DNA of 63,612 bases, filler included, from Lenisia limosa (Eukaryota; Protista; Breviatea): the NCBI GenBank assembly GCA_001655205.1. It is 15 parts of 15 records of this genome, joined end to end, with 100 filler letters (N's around TTAATTAATTAA, not from the genome) between each part and the next. Parts side by side here need not be neighbours in the genome. Positions count along the whole stretch, not along the records: positions 58,677 to 61,905 come from LPNZ01009986.1; positions 62,006 to 63,612 come from LPNZ01000713.1; 13 more parts are not named here. One strand, written 5' to 3'. How positions within the stretch are numbered: the stretch's first letter is position 1; every line of letters begins with the position of its first letter. Shown one piece after another: positions 58,677-63,612 of this stretch. The notes below the pieces were generated by a model that saw nothing but the letters and a program-made list of their open reading frames with translations, ran no database searches and had not been told where the DNA came from. A program made the position numbers and the translations under genes.

Positions 58677-60448
58677 AATTGGATGACACCATCTAAGTCG
58701 GCCATATCCTGAAGATCTACTGCTACAATTTTGACATCCCTGAAGAGGTAAAAAATCGATAATATTGACATGAAAGAGGTAAATAATAGTATTGATATGA
58801 AAGAGGTAAATAATAATATTGACACGAAGAGGTAAACAAAGGTAATTGTAAAATTGTAAAAGAATGTTCACTTTTTTTTTTCTTTTTTTTTTTTTTTGAC
58901 ATGAANNNNNNNNNNNNNNNNNNNNNNNNNNNNNNNNNNNNNNNNNNNNNNNNNNNNNNNNNNNNNNNNNNNNNNNNNNNNNNNNNNNNNNNNNNNNNNN
59001 NNNNNNNNNNNNNNNNNNNNNNNNNNNNNNNNNNNNNNNNNNNNNNNNNNNNNNNNNNNNNNNNNNNNNNNNNNNNNNNNNNNNNNNNNNNNNNNNNNNN
59101 NNNNNNNNNNNNNNNNNNNNNNNNNNNNNNNNNNNNNNNNNNNNNNNNNNNNNNNNNNNNNNNNNNNNNNNNNNNNNNNNNNNNNNNNNNNNGTGCGGCA
59201 CAAAGGTCCACGGCACGAGTCACGCCTGTTACGTGTGATGTTGCGTGGATGTGACGCGTATATTGTGTGAATATGATGATAAGATAGGATGAATGTTGCG
59301 TGATGTATTGCGTGAATATTGCGTGTTGCGTGAATAAGGAGTGAAATATTGGGGAGGGCATTCTGTCCACAAGCCTCAAATATCACGTATTGATAGCTGT
59401 CAATTTATTACCAAAAAAGCCCCATTTTATCTTTTGTATGCGCAGAATTTAATCCTGCTCATGAAGAGATCCTGTTAAAGGACAAGCAGATTCTTTCACA
59501 TGCATCAACAGTGACAACCCTGTCATTGTCTACACTCTACGACATTATCGCAACACCTGACACAAGCAACAACACCATATTATGCAGCACCACATATGGC
59601 ATTCTTATGAAGACTTCCCATTGGGCTAAAAAAAAGTTGAATTTCATGATAATTCCTGATAAATCCTTGATATATTTGGAAATTATATCGGTTCTTTTTT
59701 TAAGAAATAAACTTAAACATCCGATAAGCTCTTAACAGCAGAAAGATAAACTCTTAAAACAACCGAAAGTAAGCTCTTAAAAATAAGTTGTCAAACTATA
59801 AAATAAGCCCAATGCGTTAGCAAAGTGGGTGTACTCTATTCTATCATTTCACTATTGGGTCATTCACACGTGTGAACTATCATTTTCCACGCAGTGATAT
59901 GATCCTATCACTCATCGTGTGATAATTGACAACACGTCGTAATGATACTCTGATACACTTGGGATGAACCCTTGTGTTATCTTCGTTCATCATTTCTACT
60001 CTACGGTCGGTCAGATGATCATAATGAGTGAAATCCAATATCTCTCATAAACCCTTTTCTTTCATATTTCTACATAAAACATAAAATAGAAAATATCACA
60101 CTAAAGTTCTGACAGTGGGGCTTACAGTAAATGCCAGTCCAAAAGCTACTCAACTATAGTGTAATACGATGTTATCCTCTGATTCTTCTTCTCTCCCTCA
60201 AACTGTCATTAACCATTTGACCGGAATCATTCTAACAACTTAATAGCCCACCATCCCACCTTTAAGGAGGTTAAACTCCTCGTCAACTTGAAGAAGCTTA
60301 AAAGCTGATCGAGCACGCCATCCCTCTTGTTTTGCCTGACGATAGTACTGAAGAAGGTGAGCTCTCAAAATGTCGTATTACGCCGTGAAAATAATGTTAA
60401 GCCATGATAGCTCACGATATCACGCTTGTCTTTGGAGTTTCGTCCCAT
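58677..60448 (-). CDS. FTSJ1: tRNA 2'-O-methyltransferase Trm7/FTSJ1; 3' truncated
   Basis: MGRNSKDK|..[29 protein letters not shown]|[11 protein letters not shown]..|[20 protein letters not shown]; near-identical to FTSJ1 signature motifs. Confidence 0.92.
59860..60040. repeat. Family D long repeat (copy 3, reverse orientation) in an FTSJ1 intron
   Basis: AATGATACTCTGATACACTTGGGATGAACCCTTGTGTTATCTTCGTTCATCATTTC is the reverse complement of the 28760-28815 core. Confidence 0.7.
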
Positions 60449-60949
60449 TGTATCAAGAGAAGGAAAATTAAAGCCGTTTTAGAAACTGCCAAACCTGATC
60501 TAAAGTATAACTTCTCACACTATTCACTATTTTAATCGACTAAAGAGGAGAAGAGGGAAGAGCGGTTTCCTTAAATAGGCAACGTTGACGCCATTATTTG
60601 CGCGTGTCAGTTTCTGGCTGCTGTTTTGAATCCTGTTTTCTTGTCTCTTCTTTTCTTTGTCAACTTCTTGTCCTTCAGTTGTCTTTCTTCTTCTCATTTA
60701 ATTGATGATGTACTCTACATTTCATGCAACGTACATATCATACATACATATCATGTATTCATAAATATATGAATAAATCTTCACTGTGAGAAATGGGTGT
60801 AAAATCAAGACAATTCACAATACATTACACCAACACCACTAAACCTCTATTCTATTCATGAGATCTAAATTGGTGAGAAAGGGCATGGCTACTTAGTAGC
60901 AATCTTAGATATATTTGTGATGTGTTTCATCAAGATGAGTCAAAGCGTC

Positions 60950-61200
60950 TGTAGTTGCAAAAACGAAATCCTCTTACCCAGTCCATCTTTCAGGGACACG
61001 CGGAGGTGAGCTAAATTAGAAAATTAGAATTGGTAAAACTTGGGAGAAAGATGGGGGGTCAAGTTAAAAAAATTTATGCCATAAAAAAAAATAAAAATAA
61101 TAACTTTGTTGGCACCCCTACAAGCACACGTATATCCCCTCTCACCGTTGACCTCCGCGAGGGGGGCTCCTGCGTCTCATTGGTGAGCGCGAATGCCTAA
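60950..61200 (-). CDS. Small exons with RS/SP-rich content; possible 3' part of an SR-like gene
   Basis: TAG|GCATTC...AACG|GTGAG exon reading HSRSPMRRRSPLAEVN; next exon SPPRVPERWTG|GTAAG. Confidence 0.3.
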
Positions 61201-62005
61201 ATAAGGTCAATTAAAGATCCAGAACCGATTTAGATTAAGGGTAATAAAAGTTATTATTGACAAAAGCGAACAATAGTTGTGATTTTTAAAAAGCAGTAAA
61301 AAGATGCCGTCACCCAAAGTTTATGTCGGGGCATTGCACCCCCCCCCNNNNNNNNNNNNNNNNNNNNNNNNNNNNNNNNNNNNNNNNNNNNNNNNNNNNN
61401 NNNNNNNNNNNNNNNNNNNNNNNNNNNNNNNNNNNNNNNNNNNNNNNNNNNNNNNNNNNNNNNNNNNNNNNNNNNNNNNNNNNNNNNNNNNNNNNNNNNN
61501 NNNNNNNNNNNNNNNNNNNNNNNNNNNNNNNNNNNNNNNNNNNNNNNNNNNNNNNNNNNNNNNNNNNNNNNNNNNNNNNNNNNNNNNNNNNNNNNNNTTA
61601 ATACTCTTTACAAAAAAGTATTCAAATCCGATATTGGTGACATATAAAGATATTTGAATCTAATGTTGATATTGATTACAAAAAGGTATTGGAATCTATA
61701 CTTTGCTGGTCTTTTCCCTTCGGTTTTAATGATTGTTTAAATGGCATGGCATGGTGATGTCATAATCTCTGGTCAGGGACACAGCACAATTCAACCCCCT
61801 TGGGCTGAAGCTCTTCGTTGCCCAATTCAACTCCGTTCAGATTATTCGGTTCGTGATTAGTGTCTTCACGTCAATATTCTTCATCGAAATTTCCAATTTC
61901 ACACCNNNNNNNNNNNNNNNNNNNNNNNNNNNNNNNNNNNNNNNNNNNNTTAATTAATTAANNNNNNNNNNNNNNNNNNNNNNNNNNNNNNNNNNNNNNN
62001 NNNNN

Positions 62006-63207
62006 ACCCACGAGGCTGATGGTGGCGGCCACGTGTCACTCATACCGCTGTCTCCGGTTGCCTGCTTCTACACTCAGTTAGTATTGGTAAATAATGAAAA
62101 TGGGGAAAAGACAACAATTGTCTTATCACCCCCCCCCCCAAATATAATTTAATTTCATAAATTTAGTATGGCTTCTTGGATGCGGTGAACACTCGGTCCG
62201 AAACAATGATGATTTTCGATAAATCCTCTAAAACATCCGATATTTTACAGGGGTTTTTCAGGCCGAAGTGAAGCCTTACTTCTTAGGCTTCCCTACGTTC
62301 CGAAAACACCGATAATATATCGTATTTATCGATATTTGTCGAGACAATATATTTTTTCAAAGCGTTCCTGAAGACTTTTTAGCAATGCATAAGATTATTC
62401 CACTACATGTGATCAAGCGACGTGTAACTTTCTTTAAAATGGCTGCAAATGCGATGCAAGGCATCAAGGTTGAGTTCTCGCAGAGTTCCAACCTGATGGA
62501 CTACGACGACGCCAAGTTGCTCATGGAATACACTGAAGTAGTCCATCAGGTTTGAAATCCTGGGGGAACTCGGTCTGGTAACGTCGTCTCACTTGGGTGA
62601 TTCCTCATTGGCCAAATGACACAGCAAATGAGTCGCCAAGTCGAGAGATATCTTAGGGGTGTAGTCGAGAGAGATATCTTAGAGATATCTTAGGGGGAGT
62701 AGTCGCCAAGTAGAGAGATATCTAAGTGGCGTAGTCGCCAAGTAGAGAGATATCTAAGTGGCGTAGTCGCCAGATATCTAAGTGGCGTAGTCGCCAAGTA
62801 GAGAGATATCTAAGTGGCGTAGTCGCCAAGTAGAGAGATATCTAAGTGGCGTAGTCGCCAAGTCGAGAGATATCTAAGTGGCGTAGTCGCCAAGTAGAGA
62901 GATATCTAAGTGGCGTAGTCGCCAAGTAGAGAGATATCTAAGTGGCGTAGTTTTTCGCATGCTGTTCTTGTCAGTAATTGTCCACATTGTCTTTGTCATT
63001 TTTTCTTTCTCATTTTGTACTATAGCATGGCAAATGGTAAGCCTTCAAGTCCTGGAGGTGTTCCAGTCCCGATATATTGCTGCAGAGGAAGCTGTCAGAC
63101 GGAGAATTGGAGAATTACTGGAAAACTGTTCATTTTGGCCATTAATCTCTAACTGCAAAAGGGGCACCATTCCAACGAATAAGAACCAAAAAGAAGAAAA
63201 AAAATAA
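62006..63207 (+). CDS. Possible spliced gene of unknown function; strand not certain
   Basis: MAANAMQGIKVEFSQSSNLMDYDDAKLLMEYTEVVHQ|GT at 62439-62549; last exon-like ORF ending at 63207. Confidence 0.3.
62630..62950. repeat. Minisatellite, 32-bp unit (GTAGTCGCCAAGTAGAGAGATATCTAAGTGGC): 7 full copies, 1 internally deleted, ~2 degenerate
   Basis: Directly visible head-to-tail units with no spacers. Confidence 0.93.
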
Positions 63208-63612
63208 ACAAGGTATCATGTATCAAAGTCACAATTATGAAAAGAAAAATAAGTATTTTGGTGCCCCCCCCCACCCTAATATACAATTGACCTACCAAGA
63301 ATTCCTTGATTCCTGCGGATGACCGGCTTTCTGGATTGTGAGATTAAATTATTCAACTTTACTAAATTTTGATATGTATTGTATATTGAATTAATTCTAC
63401 AGATATGAAAAATTCAGTTGATTCTATTCAATAAAATTCAATAAAATAGGTTCTCTAAAATAAAAAGAAATTCAAACGATTATTAAAATTATTTCTATCT
63501 TCAAATAAATTCCGCAACCAAACAAACGCGATTTTATGATGGGCTTAGAGGACGTGGGTGCGAGGGGCGGGGTGTTACTCGAGGGTTGTGGTGAGATGTA
63601 CACTGGCGGTTT

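Noticed and set aside
61304-61347. RRM start MPSPKVYVGAL on the plus strand
   Set aside because: Only 14 codons before a gap, and the region reads equally well as a G-run-led minus-strand intron; not supportable.
4795-61961. Recurring palindromic TTAATTAATTAA as a biological motif
   Set aside because: Always centred in exactly 44 N + 44 N; it is a six-frame-stop contig linker.
62630-62950. CRISPR array
   Set aside because: Units are head-to-tail with no unique spacers, there are no cas genes, and the context is eukaryotic.
1-63612. Non-standard genetic code, rRNA or tRNA genes
   Set aside because: In-frame stops in conserved genes are explained by GT-AG introns, genes end at TAA or TAG normally, and no rRNA or tRNA signatures were recognised.

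Overview
This window is not one locus. It is about 15 separate scaffolds of an intron-rich unicellular eukaryote draft assembly, joined by 14 artificial 100-bp spacers (44 N + TTAATTAATTAA + 44 N). Many extra internal N-gaps sit next to poly-G/poly-C runs. All homology calls below are made from recalled family motifs, not from database searches. Recognisable spliced genes in the standard code are TRAPPC6, a small IQGAP-like CH-domain protein, a large FN3-REJ-GAIN/GPS-like-Cys-rich surface protein, TBC1D5, SSRP1, PRPF6, GFAT, a DOCK-type SH3 N-terminus, a truncated PES1-like gene, an ERCC6L/PICH-like SNF2 helicase and FTSJ1/TRM7. The standout gene is a 10-kb integrin beta with intact metal sites. 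It carries an unusual N-terminal LamG/EGF extension, roughly 15 or more I-EGF modules and a cytoplasmic tail reading NSLY...NPLY. The introns are packed with at least six small repeat families. Two are YAGGG-terminated MITEs with 8-bp target-site duplications (hAT-like). One family (B) lies in sense orientation with its 3' end anchored just upstream of 3' splice sites in unrelated genes, which suggests an introner or retroposon that supplies intron ends. Many introns also start with a G-run and end with a C-run. No rRNA, tRNA or CRISPR array was seen. The taxon cannot be fixed from sequence alone; the integrin suggests an Amorphea-type protist (inference).
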